Of a DNA stretch of 64,000 nt, positions 37,401 through 52,475 are shown piece after piece. Within the stretch, counting starts at the first letter, position 1, and every line of letters starts with the position of its first letter. The position numbers and the translations under genes were made by a program. The notes beneath the pieces are model-generated. The model did no database searches and was not told the DNA's origin. It saw only the letters and a list, made by a program, of their open reading frames with translations. Source of the stretch: Eledone cirrhosa (Eukaryota); the NCBI GenBank assembly GCA_964016885.1, contig OZ024754.1:40300001-40364000 (forward strand). The letters are read 5' to 3'.

Positions 37401-39350
37401 AACACAATATATCATTACAATACTAGTCTGGTCTAATAACCAGCTCCTATGATCTAACACAATATATCATTACAATACTAGTCTGGTCTAATAACCAGCC
37501 CCTATGATCTAACACAATATATCATTACAATCCCAGTCTGGACTAATAACCAGCTCCTATAATCTAACACAATATATCATTACAATCCCAGTCTGGACTA
37601 ATAACCAGCTCCTATAATCTAACACAATATATCATTACAATCCCAGTCTGGACTAATAACCAGCTCCTATAATCTAACACAATATATCATTACAATACCA
37701 GCCTGGACTAATAACCAGCTCCTATAATCTAACACAATATATCATTACAATCCCAGTCTGGACTAATAACCAGCTCCTATAATCTAACACAATATATCAT
37801 TACAATCCCAGTCTGGACTAATAACCAGCTCCTATAATCTAACACAATATATCATTACAATACCAGCCTGGACTAATAACCAGCTCCTATGATCTAACAC
37901 AATATATCATTACAATACCAGCCTGGACTAATAACCAGCTCCTATAATCTAACACAATATATCATTACAATCCCAGTCTGGACTAATAACCAGCTCCTAT
38001 AATCTAACACAATATATCATTACAATCCCAGTCTGGACTAATAACCAGCTCCTATAATCTAACACAATATATCATTACAATACCAGCCTGGACTAATAAC
38101 CAGCTCCTATGATCTAACACAATATATCATTACAATACCAGTCTGGACTAATAACCAGCTCCTATAATCTAACACAATATATCATTACAATACCAGCCTG
38201 GACTAATAACCAGCTCCTATGATCTAACACAATATATCATTACAATACTAGTCTGGTCTAATAACCAGCTCCTATAATCTAACACAATATATCATTACAA
38301 TACCAGTCTGGACTAATAACCAGCTCCTATAATCTAACACAATATATCATTACAATCCCAGTCTGGACTAATAACCAGCTCCTATGATCTAACACAATAT
38401 ATCATTACAATACCAGCCTGGACTAATAACCAGCTCCTATAATCTAACACAATATATCATTACAATACCAGTCTGGACTAATAACCAGCTCCTATAATCT
38501 AACACAATATATCATTACAATCCCAGTCTGGACTAATAACCAGCTCCTATAATCTAACACAATATATCATTACAATCCCAGTCTGGACTAATAACCAGCT
38601 CCTATAATCTAACACAATATATCATTACAATACCAGTCTGGACTAATAACCAGCTCCTATAATCTAACACAATATATCATTACATTACCAGTCTGGACTA
38701 ATAACCAGCTCCTATAATCTAACACAATATATCATTACAGTCCCAGTCTGGACTAATAACCAGCTCCTATAATCTAACACAATATATCATTACATTACCA
38801 GTCTGGACTAATAACCAGCTCCTATAATCTAACAAAATATATCATTACAATACCAGTCTGGACTAATAACCAGCTCCTATGATCTAACACAATATATCAT
38901 TACAATACAAGTCTGGACTAATAACCAGCTCCTATAATCTAACACAATATATCATTACATTACCAGTCTGGACTAATAACCAGCCCCTATAATCTAACAC
39001 AATATATCATTACAATACCAGTCTGGTCTAATAACCAGCCCCTATAATCTAACACAATATATCATTACAATACCAGTCTGGACTAATAACCAGCTCCTAT
39101 GATCTAACACAATATATCATTACAATACCAGTCTGGACTAATAACCAGCTCCTATAATCTAACACAATATATCATTACAATACCAGTCTGGACTAATAAC
39201 CAGCTCCTATGATCTAACACAATATATCATTACAATACCAGTCTGGACTAATAACCAGCTCCTATAATCTAACACAATATATCATTACAATACCAGTCTG
39301 GACTAATAACAGCTCCTATGATCTAACAATAGTCATTACAACACCAGTCA
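34435..39350. repeat. Large 55-bp minisatellite (~89 units, with 53-bp variants)
   Basis: acaataccagtctggactaataaccagctcctataatctaacacaatatatcatt, head-to-tail with no spacers. Confidence 0.97.
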
Positions 39351-39771
39351 CAATCTGATATATCCAACATATTTCATTTTATGTGTATATTACCAAATTG
39401 GCAACATCATGAAAATTAAGCCTGGATCTTGAAAATATGTTATGCTGGCATTAATTTTGTATTGTTAGCTGGTTTCTTATTAAGTTTCTTAAATAGGTTA
39501 ATGATAACAGCCCCAGTTCTATTATGACAAGTTGCAGGGATTAACCCCCAGTTACTGCTAGTACACATTCTTTTCTAGCTGAGTAGTCAAGAGCAATGAG
39601 AAATGAAGTGCCTTGCTCAAGAACACAACACATTACCCAGCCCAAGGAGTGAAATCCAATCCTCTACCATTAGGCTGCACCTTCGCACACATAAGTATGC
39701 CTACCCACATACACACACATATAGGTATGTTTACACACACACACAAAATTTAAAAAAACGCAGAAACATAC

Positions 39772-39904
39772 CTGCTAGAGCTTTGATCCTCGATCGCTCA
39801 AATAGCTTAGAAGAATTACTTCCGCTATCGAAACCTTCTTCCATTTGGGGGGCCTGCCCAGGTTCCCAATGGACCCCCGTATGGATCTGCGCTACCTCCG
39901 TCAT
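39772..39904 (-). CDS. SPTBN1: beta-spectrin coding exon 1
   Basis: MTEVAQIHTGVHWEPGQAPQMEEGFDSGSNSSKLFERSRIKALA; donor G|gtatg. Acceptor tttcag at 39920 and an in-frame TGA in the 15-nt UTR support this ATG. Confidence 0.93.
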
Positions 39905-40258
39905 GACACTTTATCAACTCTGAAAGAAAGAAAATAAAGAAAACATCTTAATATTGTAAACCAACATCAAATTTAATCATTTCTTAAAAAAATATACAAA
40001 ATCAATTTCACAGGTAAGGTATAGACATTTCAATTGACAGACACACATGAAATGTTTATCTGAAGATATCTGGTGATTTCACAATTAAAATTATACTGAA
40101 TCAGTGATTTCAAGCCTTTTCAATATTAAGAACCCTTTTTATGAAATTTCCCAGGCTTTCAAAAGCACATCTTTCACTACAATCAAAGTTGTTATACAAT
40201 GGCAATTGAGAGAGAGAAATGTTTATACTTAGAAAAAACTGGATACTAATGTTATACC

Positions 40259-40414
40259 TTAACCCTTTAGCATTTACATTATTCTATATTCATGGTAAAG
40301 GTTTTACCTCACATGATATCAAATCTATGAGATTTTGTTATTTATTTTGAGAACAATACCTTAACATAAGTATGAGCAGCTGGTTTGAACAGAAAGAGGT
40401 GAGAGAAGCGTTAA
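40259..40414. mobile_element. piggyBac-like MITE family A, opposite orientation, internally deleted
   Basis: ttaaccctttagcatttacatt...gagattttg.tatttattttgagaacaatacc is the reverse complement of the 31925 copy. Confidence 0.7.
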
Positions 40415-40557
40415 AGTGCTTGAAGATTTGAACTTTTCATGGACCCCCTGTACTAACCAATGTATTTCCACAGAAGCCAACAGACCCCAAGTTGAGAACT
40501 GTCACACTAAGTAATACCATGGCCCAGTTAAGAACAAGTCAAATGAAAAATTATGAA

Positions 40558-40616
<59 letters not shown>

Positions 40617-40890
40617 TGATATAACAATCACATAAGCAAGACAGTTTTTCATCTCATTAAGATGCTGAAGAAATTTAGCATATGAAATATTTACAAGAAT
40701 CTGTGGATCTTCTCAAGAAGTATTTAACCCTTTCATTACCATTAGCAGAAAAGTTTAATTAGAAAGAACTATGACCTTTAAACTGCTTTATCTATAAGTG
40801 ATATAATAAATACAGTACTTATTTGCTTATGAACGAAAACAAAAATGGGAATAATTTGAAGAAATTTTTCATATAGTATAGGTTTAGAAA

Positions 40891-40986
40891 ACATTTCAGC
40901 ATTATCACCACTTAACATATTTCAACATTACCACCACTTAACATATTTTAGCATTACCACCACTTAACATATTTTAGCATGACCAC
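40891..40986. repeat. 26-bp tandem repeat, ~3.5 copies
   Basis: catatttcaacattaccaccacttaa. Confidence 0.8.
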
Positions 40987-42109
40987 ATTTTCTTATTTTT
41001 CTCACACAAACTCTTGTGTTGCAAATATTTAGATGCAATTTTTATATAATAGATAATATTTCTCATAAAAATAATCAGGAATTTGAAGGGATTTAGTAAA
41101 ATAACATTCTCATGATTTATCTGGTTATTTGGAACATAAATTAAGGTTCTCATATAAAAATTATGAGAGACAGCTTTTAGATAAAACAATTTCAGATGGC
41201 TTAGTATCAAAAGGGTGAAACTAGTAACCTCAAATACTAAGCAAGAATCAACTTCATCTGAGAAACTCTTTTCAAGTGAAAAATAGATCATGAAAAAATG
41301 TTTAAAACCTATTTAGGGATTTTATATTAAAACACTAATTGGTGACTTCAATAGTTCCATGAACACATATTCCTTCTATATGTTGAAAATTATCTAGTAT
41401 ATATTCATAAATAACGATTCGCTTTATAATAATATGGACTTTGCCTATTAATCCGTATATTGAGCAAACAGGGTCCCACGTGCTGACCTCCCCACAGCCC
41501 CGGCAGACAGGATGGAGAAGGCGTTTCCCCGGAGGATGGTAAGGGATTGCTAGTTTCTGTCTGAAGTGAAAATATTCCGATAAACAATGATTAAATTACT
41601 AAACTAATTCCAAATTGCTGAGATAGAAATTTAGAAATTAAATTTATCAATTTCACTAATGCCATGTGTATTGAGATTTTGTCAGTATAGTGTACAATAT
41701 CCCTGCATGTCATAAGAGGAAACCAAGAGGGTTTCTGCCAGGAAGGGAATCAGGGGGTAAAAATCCTGTCCAAACCATAATAGCATAGAAAGTTTCCTGG
41801 GTTGATATGATGATAGGGTCCTTTCCTTCTTTTATTTTTATAAATTTATTTCAAGATGAACTGACATGAATATAAATCACATAAAACATTAATATCTGTT
41901 GCTTCCTAATGATATCCATTAACCATTAATTAGTAAAATGAACAGAATAATCCATAAGAAACTTAGTAATAAAAACACACACAATATATTAAGCTAGCTA
42001 GTATCTTCCAATCCAATCCAGAACCTTCTCACTCCTGTTGTAGGAACCACTCCCTGGTTAACCTCTATGTTGGGTTTAGTCACGTCTTCTGGAGTATAGC
42101 CATACTCAC

Positions 42110-42542
42110 CAAACTTGGCCAACTGCGTGTTAGTTAAACATAAATAATCTTATATATAATGTATTCAAGAGTCACTTCTTTTTAAATTTTCAAATGTCAA
42201 CACTTCTGTTAGCATCCGTTATATCATAACACTTGGCCATACGCTATATTTCCATCATTATATAATAACATTTATATTTCCGTCACTAATCTTATTTTCT
42301 CTTTTTCAGTTTTCATAACATTTTCCCATAATCCAGTTTATATATATCGTCTTTTTTAAATGTATCATGGATTACTTTACTGGTTACAGAAGAGAGAGTA
42401 ACACTGTCTCTCTTCAACTTCTGTGTATATTGTCAATTACTATTTTATTTGACATATATCTACACATATATTTGTGTATAATATCAATATACACACTACA
42501 CATGTTAGCAGAAAACTGCCCAAAGAGTGGTTTTTCTGCTAG
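42110..42542 (+). mobile_element. Non-autonomous Helitron (same family as 2389-2875; 5' end uncertain)
   Basis: Reverse-complement match to 2389-2760; ends gcagaaaactgcccaaagagtggtttttctgCTAG. Confidence 0.7.
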
Positions 42543-45500
42543 CAATAATAACAATTGTTTCTACTTTTGGCACAAGGCCAGCAATTATCCCAGTGCATTA
42601 CTGGTACTTTATTTTATCAACACCGTAAGGATGAAAGGCAAAGTTAAGCTCGGCGGGTTAACCAACCCACCATTAATAATGATGATGATGATGATAATAA
42701 TAATAATTCTTAGAAATAGCAATTTAAAAAAAAATTCAATGTCAGTGTCCGTATATAGTAACCCAGTTTGTGTGAAATATCTCTGATTATTACAATATGT
42801 CTTTCCATGTCATGAGCTATCCCAACTGATAACAGCTGTGGAGAGTCAAAGAGCAAATAATTCAGCTTTTATAGATTGTATAAACATTTCAACAGCTATC
42901 CTCCTATGACTAACTTCTACTTAAATAGAACTGATTAACTCACCATCCTCTACCACACCAAACAGCATTATCATTGCATCACATTAAAGGTTAAAGTCTT
43001 TCATTTAGTTTACTGAAATATTTTTTATGATGATTTGAACTCTACTAATAAGTATTTGAATTAACAAACCTGTTTTTAGATATTTTCCACTAAATCATTA
43101 GAGGGTGTTAAGAGTTAAGGTACCCATCTGCTCAAAACAACTTTCTAATGGGATATATTGAATGAGATAAGATACATCACTAGTTTCTTCCTTCCAATGT
43201 CTAACAATAATATCCTTTATAACAATCCTTGAAGACAAGACTACAAACAAATCAATTCCAATCACTGGGAAATATGTTTGGAATATCTACATTAAATATG
43301 TATATCTATGTTAAATATTACAAAATACATTTCTCCAACATAACCCTTCTATTATCAACCAACCAACCTAAAACTGCCTCTGATTTTATGAAACAAAACC
43401 ATCCATTTTTAAGGGATCCTGTTTAAATTTACATCTCCAAACAATTTTATATAAGAACCATATGTTAAATTACTAACTAAATAATGAGATAATTATAGTA
43501 AATCTCTCAATTAATTGAAATAAAGTGTTATTTCATTAGAAATATGGTTACAACACAACAGATGTGACACTAATTATATAATATTTTTGTTTTCCAGAAT
43601 AATCTCGAAGCCAATTTTGGCAAAGAATCTATACAGCATGTTGAATTAATCATTCTTTCTGATTTACCCTGAAGAGATACGAACTTGGAAAAATATAATT
43701 TTGAGATGATAAACTTTAGAATGTATTCTAACATTCTACCCTTTTAGCTACCCCAAGAACCCATTTCTATCTAAGGATCAATGCAATACTAATGGCATTG
43801 GAATATTTCCCAAGGATGTCTTCTGTATGAAAAAAAAAAAGTGTTGGCTAACAGAAAGTGAGCAAAACAAACTTTAATCAATTGAAATTACACCAATGAG
43901 AAATCATTAGTGTTAATGACAATTCTTAAAAGCAAGGTTGAAAATACCTAATTTAAATTGATTAAAATTAAATTATGGTATGCAGTGAGTCTGATCTTTA
44001 GTTGATACAGTTTGATTGTGCAGGTTTTATTTAATTTACAGTTATTTTAATTAAGGTGGTGAACAGAATAAGTAGTAATGCAACAAACAAAATGATTTGG
44101 AGTATTAAATTCTAAGGTTATTTTTGCCAAATAAAAAAAAGATAATCGTCAGATTGGAACCACAGTAACTTTTTTCATTTGACTTTCCATGGCAGAAGGA
44201 GGCAGGTTTTGAGATCAAAACACACTTAGTTGAATGGAAGCATCCAATTCAATTTGTTTTACCAACTCCACCAATCTCTTCCCACCTCAACTGGTACTTT
44301 AGAAATTTAGCAAGTACTTGAATGTATGATAAGAATTTAAGATATCATGACAAAATACTCCCAGTACACAATGTAATGGTTGGTGGCTGGAAGGGCATTT
44401 AAACCAAAAATGGAGCATATGAGCATGGCATATACACCTGATCAGTCTAGCTTCAGAAATAGATGTTAAACAGTGGTGGTGAACACACACACACTGAAAG
44501 CAGACACTGTAGAAAAAGCACAGCAGAGAAAAGTTTCATAGTTTTAACGAGATAATCAAGAAATAAATCGTGATCAATGACATGAAATCAAGAAGACACA
44601 GAATCAATAAAGTAAAACTAAAGTTTGTTTTAAAAAAAAAATTAAAGTTATATAATTTCAGATTTTACAATATTTTGTAGGAAAAGGTTAAAAAAAAAAA
44701 AAAAAGGCACATACAAAGCTTGAAATGGTTGCTTTTTAAGAAAACATTCTATTTGTACATGTAGAGAATGACGAGCATTATTGACTTCCATGACTATTGT
44801 GACATGTTTTATACCCTAAAACTAATCAATGTCTCCATGATCAGACTTAACAATAGAACTGAAGAAGAGTTATTAACAATGATATTGCAGAAAACAAGCA
44901 GTCAATGAAGCCTACTATTAATTATCAGTAGTTGAGTTTTTACATTAAACACTACAAGTGTTATACGGCCATTTCCCCCTGCTAAAGAAGGGTTAGCCTC
45001 CTTGTGGAATTAATGAAAGGCTTCATTACATTAAAGCAATGTTTTAAAGCCTTCTGTTATGGAGTACCTTTTCAGGCAATGGAAGTTTCCTTTCGTTTGT
45101 CTCCACAGTGTTGGAATCATGATAAAATACTTCCAGTACTCACTGTAAAGTGGGTGGCATTAGGAAGGGCATTTGCATCCAGCTAAAGAAAGCAATTTAA
45201 ATCAGAACCTATGACTAGACAGGTTTAGTCTCAGAATCTAACAACCTGTCTAACCCATGCAAGCATGGAAAAAAGATGTTAAATAGTGATGTAATATACA
45301 CACAAGAAATACCTCTTTAAAGCATGGTATACTGAAAACAATATATATATAATCCCAACAACATATTGAATACTTTTCTCTCGTTTGTAAACCCATATAT
45401 ATGTGCAAAAGGCAAACAAATAAAGCAAACGACACAGTACAATGAAGATATATATCAGTTTTACGCTCGATATAGTAGGAAAAATCTTAATGTTTCAAAC

Positions 45501-47059
45501 ACTAGTTCCTTCATCAAAAAATAGAACAAGAAATTAAAGAAGAAATAGAAAGATAGAGGAGAGTGGGCAGTGGTAGAGGTCTATTCAGGTCAGAATGCAC
45601 CCAGTATCTGAAATGTGTTGCTTTGGAAGATGACAGCATATTGAACCCATACTAACTGAGAAACGTTGATGAAATCAATGTATCATTATGGACATTAAAC
45701 AATGATGATGATTATTTAGAGTTGTTTCTATTTTTTCTCCTGATTTGTTTGACATTCTTCTTTAGACTATATTAAGACTGACAGAAGAGATCTAAAATGA
45801 ACTTGTAATATTTACAAAGTCATTCATAGTCTAATGGAAGATAAGATAAGAATTTATATATTTATTCAGTATATTAACAGCAAACTAAGTGTTTGCATAT
45901 GTTTTTACAAAACCATATTCAACATAATATTACTTCAGCTAGTCAGAGTTCAAATTCCACTGAGGTCAATTTTGCCCTACCCCTAAATATACTGACCTTG
46001 TGTCTAAATTAGGAATCAATATTTCTTCAGCTAAATACTCGCAAAATTATTAACCCTTATTGAAGAATAACTTGTTCTTACATGAAATTATGATGGAATG
46101 TTTTTTTGATAAATACCAACACTTTTATATAAAACCATGGACAGTCTGATATAAACAGGGTTAAGAGTACACTTTTTGCCAAGTTCTTAAAATTGAATGA
46201 TACTTTTCTTGAAAATCTAAGTCAAAGATGAACATTTTTTTTACCTAATATTAAATCAAACTACACTTCCTACATTAACAGTTTGTATGAATGATTTCAC
46301 TGTATTTCTAAACATGATCATTTTAATCCTTAACATACTGCAAGTCTTTTCATCACCACTGTTTATATATATATATACACACACACGCACACACAGAACA
46401 CTTAGCATAGATTATACAACCCACTATACAGACAAAGACTATTCATTTGCTTACAAAGAAGATCTCTACTCTCTCTCAGGCATATCACCAGTTACCATTG
46501 TCCTAACTATACTGTACTATACTATTGAATTCAGTTAAAAGTTAACTGGGTCACTTTATCAGCATACATTGAAATTAAATAGCATTGCTGAACAGTAATA
46601 TAACAATGTTCTTGTTGATGTTAGATAGTCATAAACACTGACAGTCTCTGTTGGTTTAAACCATGAGTATTTAGTGTAAGTGATTTAATATTCCACAGAC
46701 ACGTGTACCCTTAGCATAATTCTCATGTAAAATCAGTGACACGATGTGATAAGACTAGACCTTTGAATTACAATCCATTCAATAGGATTTCATAGAATTT
46801 CTGTCTACTCAATTTTACACACGAGGCTCGTCTAAACCCGAGTGTATGCTAATATATGATACTTAGTGGGATCAAACCCAGGACCTTATGATTGCTACGC
46901 CATACTGTATCCGTCATGTAGAGTAAAAACAGTTCAACTATCAACAATTTCCCACATGGCTATGTCCTCACATTCTACAACGATTTAGCTGAAAATATCA
47001 AAAAACGAGCTTGACAATTCCAATATTTATAGTGCCTTTACTAGCTGATATACATATCT

Positions 47060-47350
47060 GCATAGTTAAGAAGTTCTTGTTGCAGCCACATGATTCTGGG
47101 TTCAGTCCTGCTGTGGGGCAGCTTGGACAGGTGTCTGCTATTGTAGCATCAGGTTGACCAATGCAAGATGTGTGCAATGTGGTAGCCAGAAACCACAGAA
47201 GCTTGTCCTGCATGTGTGTGTGTTTATGACATACAATTTAGCACATCAATAAAAAATAAAATCAATAATAAGTACTACTAGAGTTGATATGATTGACTAA
47301 ATCAAAGCAGTGTTCCAGCATGGTCACAGTTTAATTACTGAAACTGGTAT
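47060..47350 (+). mobile_element. tRNA-derived-type SINE (boundaries approximate)
   Basis: tagttaagaagtt...ctgggttcagtcc (B-box-like)...gcttggacaggtgtct...ccagcatggtcacagt...actgaaac. Confidence 0.6.
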
Positions 47351-48894
47351 AGGAGTATATATAGAGAGAAAGTGAGAGAACACCACTGTTAAAGAGCATT
47401 GATTTTTACCCACATCCATCTCTGTTTTACATGTGTCCCTCATGAATTCTCAATTGTTTGACAGACTGTGTGGTGAAAAAGGCTGTTACAATATAAACAG
47501 CTGCATACATTACACATCATATTAATAAACTAATAAACAGCTTTTATCAGTATACCTATATCATTATAGGTATACTATTATATTCATTTACTTACATGGC
47601 AAATTATATAAACCCTTTTGATACTAATCTACCTGACACTACCCTGCCATTATGATATATTCATACTTATATTAAAATATTCCATCCTAATTTTAGTTAA
47701 AGAATTTGTTTTATTAGAAATATGGTAAAGCATTAAACATTTCCTAGCTTGCTTCTATACAAACTTCACAAAAAGCATAACAGATCTTATATTTTTCTTT
47801 AATTGGATTTTAAAATCACAAATTCTCCAATGTCTATATTACTACCTACTTACTAATGCTATACAAAACAATACATTTCTGTTTGTCATGTTGCTCTCAA
47901 ACTCACTATTATACTACTACCACCACTCTCTAGTTTCAAATACTTCTGATAATATTTCCATTAAATCAATACAAAGATTTAGGTCATTTTCATACAATAG
48001 TATTATACCTATAGACAGCTAACAATGTCAATGTTTGATTTACACTTATAAGACTTTGAAACAGACAGACAGAAATTTACTATCTACTTAAACTTCAAGT
48101 TATCTTTAATATTTTAATGTTAACCCAAATATTAAAATTGGTTTAAGTAGTTAACAGTACTAACATATTGAGAAAATGAAAAAAGGGCAACCATCAGAAC
48201 AGACAAAGGAAACTGTATTTCCTTTTGTGTTTATAGTGCTGATACTATCTGCTGGTTGCAACTCCTGGTAGAAGCTTTACAGCATTTCCCGTGAGATTTG
48301 AACTGAGAACAGATACCACAAAACATCCTGTCCAATCCACTGGCCAAGGGCTGATACATTAAGGACGAAAGGCTAAGTTGACATCGACAGGAATTGAACT
48401 CAGAGCACAAGGAGCCAGAAATACCAAAGCATGTAATCTAAAGCTTTAACAACTTTGCTAATTCATAACCTTGACCTATACTTAAATTCAAGTGATTTCT
48501 GGGGGATGGGGGAGTCCCACTCCATTATATTTCTAAGACTCCTATAAGTTTTATGTTGTCCTACATCCAGTTTCCCCATTGACATTTTTTTATGATTTAT
48601 TGAAATAAGGGTGGAATACCGATGCCATTAGCAAGTAAACAGATTGGTAGACTTAATTCTTCAGAATAGCATGATTTCTAATTTAAGCACAAGGACAAAC
48701 AACTTGTAAGGATTACAACAGTCACAATATATAACTGGTACTGTATTTTATTCCACTCACATTATCAATGATCTCTAAACAAGTGAAATAGAGAATTTCG
48801 CATTGACTAAAATGATTGGCAACAAGAAGGGCATGCAGCCGTAAAACGTTCCTTCCAAAAGAATCACACACACTCACACATATATATGTATATG

Positions 48895-48929
<35 letters not shown>

Positions 48930-51867
48930 TTATTTATGTTCTGACACACAACTAACATACATAGTTGGTAAAACAAATGATGCATGTGAAAAGTAAGTGA
49001 TTGTTAGAGGGACATAAAGTCACAAAGGAGATATGTTTTTGCAACAAATGTCAAAGGATTCCCTAAGTTAATATCAGAAGAAAAAGAAATTTGATATGTA
49101 GAAGCTGTACTAGAGCTTCAGCAATGAAATGACAATAAAAATGTCTACTCTATCAAGATAAGGAATTTTGGCTGACTTTTCTCATGTTCTGCTAAATAAC
49201 TTTCCTGACCCATGTTATTTTTGTGCTAGAAAGCAGAGGAGAAAATCGGTTGATTATCTTGAAGAATATAGAATTGATATTCTTTTACAGAATGTTAAAT
49301 AACACCCATTATTATATTTATATTTCATAAAAACAGTTCCACCATCTTTAGTACAGCACTATCAGTACAATCAACTTTGTCTCAAAGAAAGTAAAGATCT
49401 TAAATTTCATCGCCATTGTCATCATTTTACATCCATTTCCCCCATGCTGGCTTGGGTTGAACAGGTCATTATAAACCAACAATATTTAATTACAGTTACT
49501 AGATAGGTTGGGTGACGACATCTCACTCTCAAATACATTTTCATTGTGGCATAGTTTCTACAGATTGCTCTTCTTAATGCCAACCACTTTGCAGAGTGTA
49601 CTGAGTGTAGTTTATTGTTGCACCACCACAGATCACAAAGCTAAACCCAGAAATGTTGAAACATTTACAAACTTCAACTATCTTGATTACCAATTTTAAC
49701 TATCTTGTTTACCAATTTACATTAGTAGTTACTCAACTGATTGGTAACCCATTTTTCCATGCTAGCATGGGTTAGACGAGTTGTCCTGTTGTGAGAAAAG
49801 CCACGTCAATTGATGAAATTGGATAGGAAATATCAGTAATGGAAGGTTCTAAAGAAATATTCTTAGTACCAATGTAACAACCATCTTCTGGTGTCTAAAT
49901 TTATTATAGGGAGTTTCAAAGAACAAATGATAATGGTTTCTAATTTAGGGACAAGGTCAACAATTTTAGGGAAGGGTTTATCAATTTAAATTAAACCCAG
50001 TTTTTGTCTGGTTGTTTATTTTGTCAACGCCTGAAGGATGAAAAGCCAAGTTTATCATGGCGACATCTGAACTTAAAACATATAAAAAAGCTGGGAACAT
50101 ACATTGCAAATAATTTTGTCTTACACTACCGGTTTTGAAATCTTTTTTAAATGTGTTGTTTGGTACAATTATGTATTGGTATCAATTCTTGTAGGACAAA
50201 CTTATACAATGGATCAAAAAATCTGCAGGATACAGACAACAGGACATTTCAACTATAAGAATATAGGTTTTAGACAAACTATAGAGAAAACAAGGTTAGA
50301 ATAATGAAAATCTATAAATTAATTTGAGAAAACTAATAAAAATGTAATTTGAAATGTCAGACAGCAAAAAGTACCCAGCACACGCTGTAAATGTGGTTGG
50401 CGTTAAGAAACCAAACCAAAATCAGTTTTGTGTGAGCAAAACATGGTCCTCTGGCCTGATCTCTCACAAAGGGACAGCCCATCCAACCCATGCTAAAACG
50501 ATGATGATATATACATATATATGTGTGTTGTAAATTGAATAGTCCCTGTATTTCATGGAAGTGAATTGCTGGTCTATATTATCATGTTATCTTTATTAAT
50601 GGAAATATCTCAAATGTATCGAATTATGTCCGAGTCAATATATCATCACTAAGACTAAGTCAGTCATAGCAACAAAAAGTGAGAAGTGTCGAAGTTAAAA
50701 ACTAGGCCATCTACATTGCTAGAAATTACTCCACTCATTAAAAAATGGCATATTACATACTGTAGCAATTGTTTTAAATCTATTTTTCTATAATCAATAC
50801 TGTTATGAAAAGACAATTTCTCTCTATACTAACTAAATACAATTAATAATCACACATTAAATAAATATCGATTAAAAAATTAATATCTAATCAACTAGAA
50901 AGAATATAAAATGTACACACACCTATATATATTTACATATATATATATTGAGTCAATATGCCGCAATTTGAATCAACCAACAAAACAGAAAATCTAGTGA
51001 ATAGAAGCCAAGTTTGTATATATTGACTTTAAAAACATCAATAACAAGCTGGCTAGCTATTTAGTTATATACACAACATACGTTGACTCTAACCAACTAC
51101 TAATAATTTTTTCTACTTTTGACACAAGGCCAGCAATTATCCAGCGTATTACTGGTACTTTATTTTAACTTAAAGTTAACCTCGGCGGGATTACATTTAA
51201 ATATTATTTGAATTGTAATTTCATTAGCAATAATAAAATTACGACGAACATGAGACATTATATTAGAATATTATTCATTGTTAAACCATAAAAATATTTA
51301 ACTGAATTTAGATATTATAGTTTAACTATTTCAAGCTAATTAAAAGGGTTTAACCCTCACTGAGGGATCAAAAGCTCTAAAAAAAAAATCCTTCCATAAC
51401 TTTGAGCTAAGATATTTTATCTAGAATTTATTATTTTTCTTCTGGTGAAACAAGTTTTGATCCTGAGATTCTCAACATAATAAAAAATAAAAGCAGCGTT
51501 TTAAAACCATTAAACCTATTTGAAAACTTTTCCACCATTTGGTTTATTATTACTACTATTATATACCACAATGTAATTTTATCCTTAAAAATAGAAAAAA
51601 AAACATTTGCAATGCTAATAATATATATATATATTATATATTTATATATATATATATTTCTTTCATGGCCACTAAATAATAATTTAAACTGAAATCTGGT
51701 TTCCTGATGAGACGAGACAGTTAAAATGGATGGCAATATATATATTAATTTAACAGTTTAGAAAATAAAGGTTTTGCATAGAACTATTTATTTTGAAGGT
51801 TTAAAAATTAAAAACCTCAACAGTTCCGAAAAATATCCTCCCGAACAATAAAAGTACCCATCTTTAG

Positions 51868-52475
51868 TTATACACATACACACACACACATATATATATA
51901 TATATGTATATACACACACACACGTACACATATACACACACACATATATATATACACACTCACACATACATATATATATACACACTCACACATATATATA
52001 TATACACACTCACACATACATATATATATATACACACTCACACATACATATATATATATACACACTCACACATACATATATATATATACACACTCACACA
52101 TACATATATATATATACACACTCACACATACATATATATATATATACACACTCACACATACATATATATATATACACCCTCACACATACATATATATATA
52201 TACACACTCACACATACATATATATATATACACACTCACACATACATATATATATATACACACTCACACATACATATATATATACACACTCACACATACA
52301 TATATATATACACACTCACACATACATATATATATATATACACTCACACATACATATATACACACACACACGTACACATATATATATATACACACACATA
52401 TATATTTCGTTTCTGAATTTGTTTATATATATACACACATACATACATATATATACACACACACACCCACACATA
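51868..52475. repeat. Compound CA/TA minisatellite
   Basis: cacactcacacatacat(at)n units. Confidence 0.9.

Larger units (their letters stand above)
580..39904 (-). other. SPTBN1: beta-spectrin gene span (partial; 20 coding exons, 1141 codons, continues past left edge)
   Basis: Manual splicing of 20 GT-AG exons gives one open frame (3423 nt) with matching phases: [31 protein letters not shown] (CH1), [37 protein letters not shown] (CH2), then spectrin repeats. The symbol is the closest vertebrate name for an invertebrate beta-spectrin. Confidence 0.96.

Noticed and set aside
34435-39350. CRISPR-like array
   Set aside because: Units are head-to-tail with no unique spacers, there are no cas genes, and it lies in a eukaryotic intron.
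39603-39923. Plus-strand 106-aa ORF
   Set aside because: Antisense shadow of spectrin exon 1 plus a SINE fragment.
47075-47115. tRNA gene
   Set aside because: Only degenerate A/B-box-like SINE head sequence; no cloverleaf.
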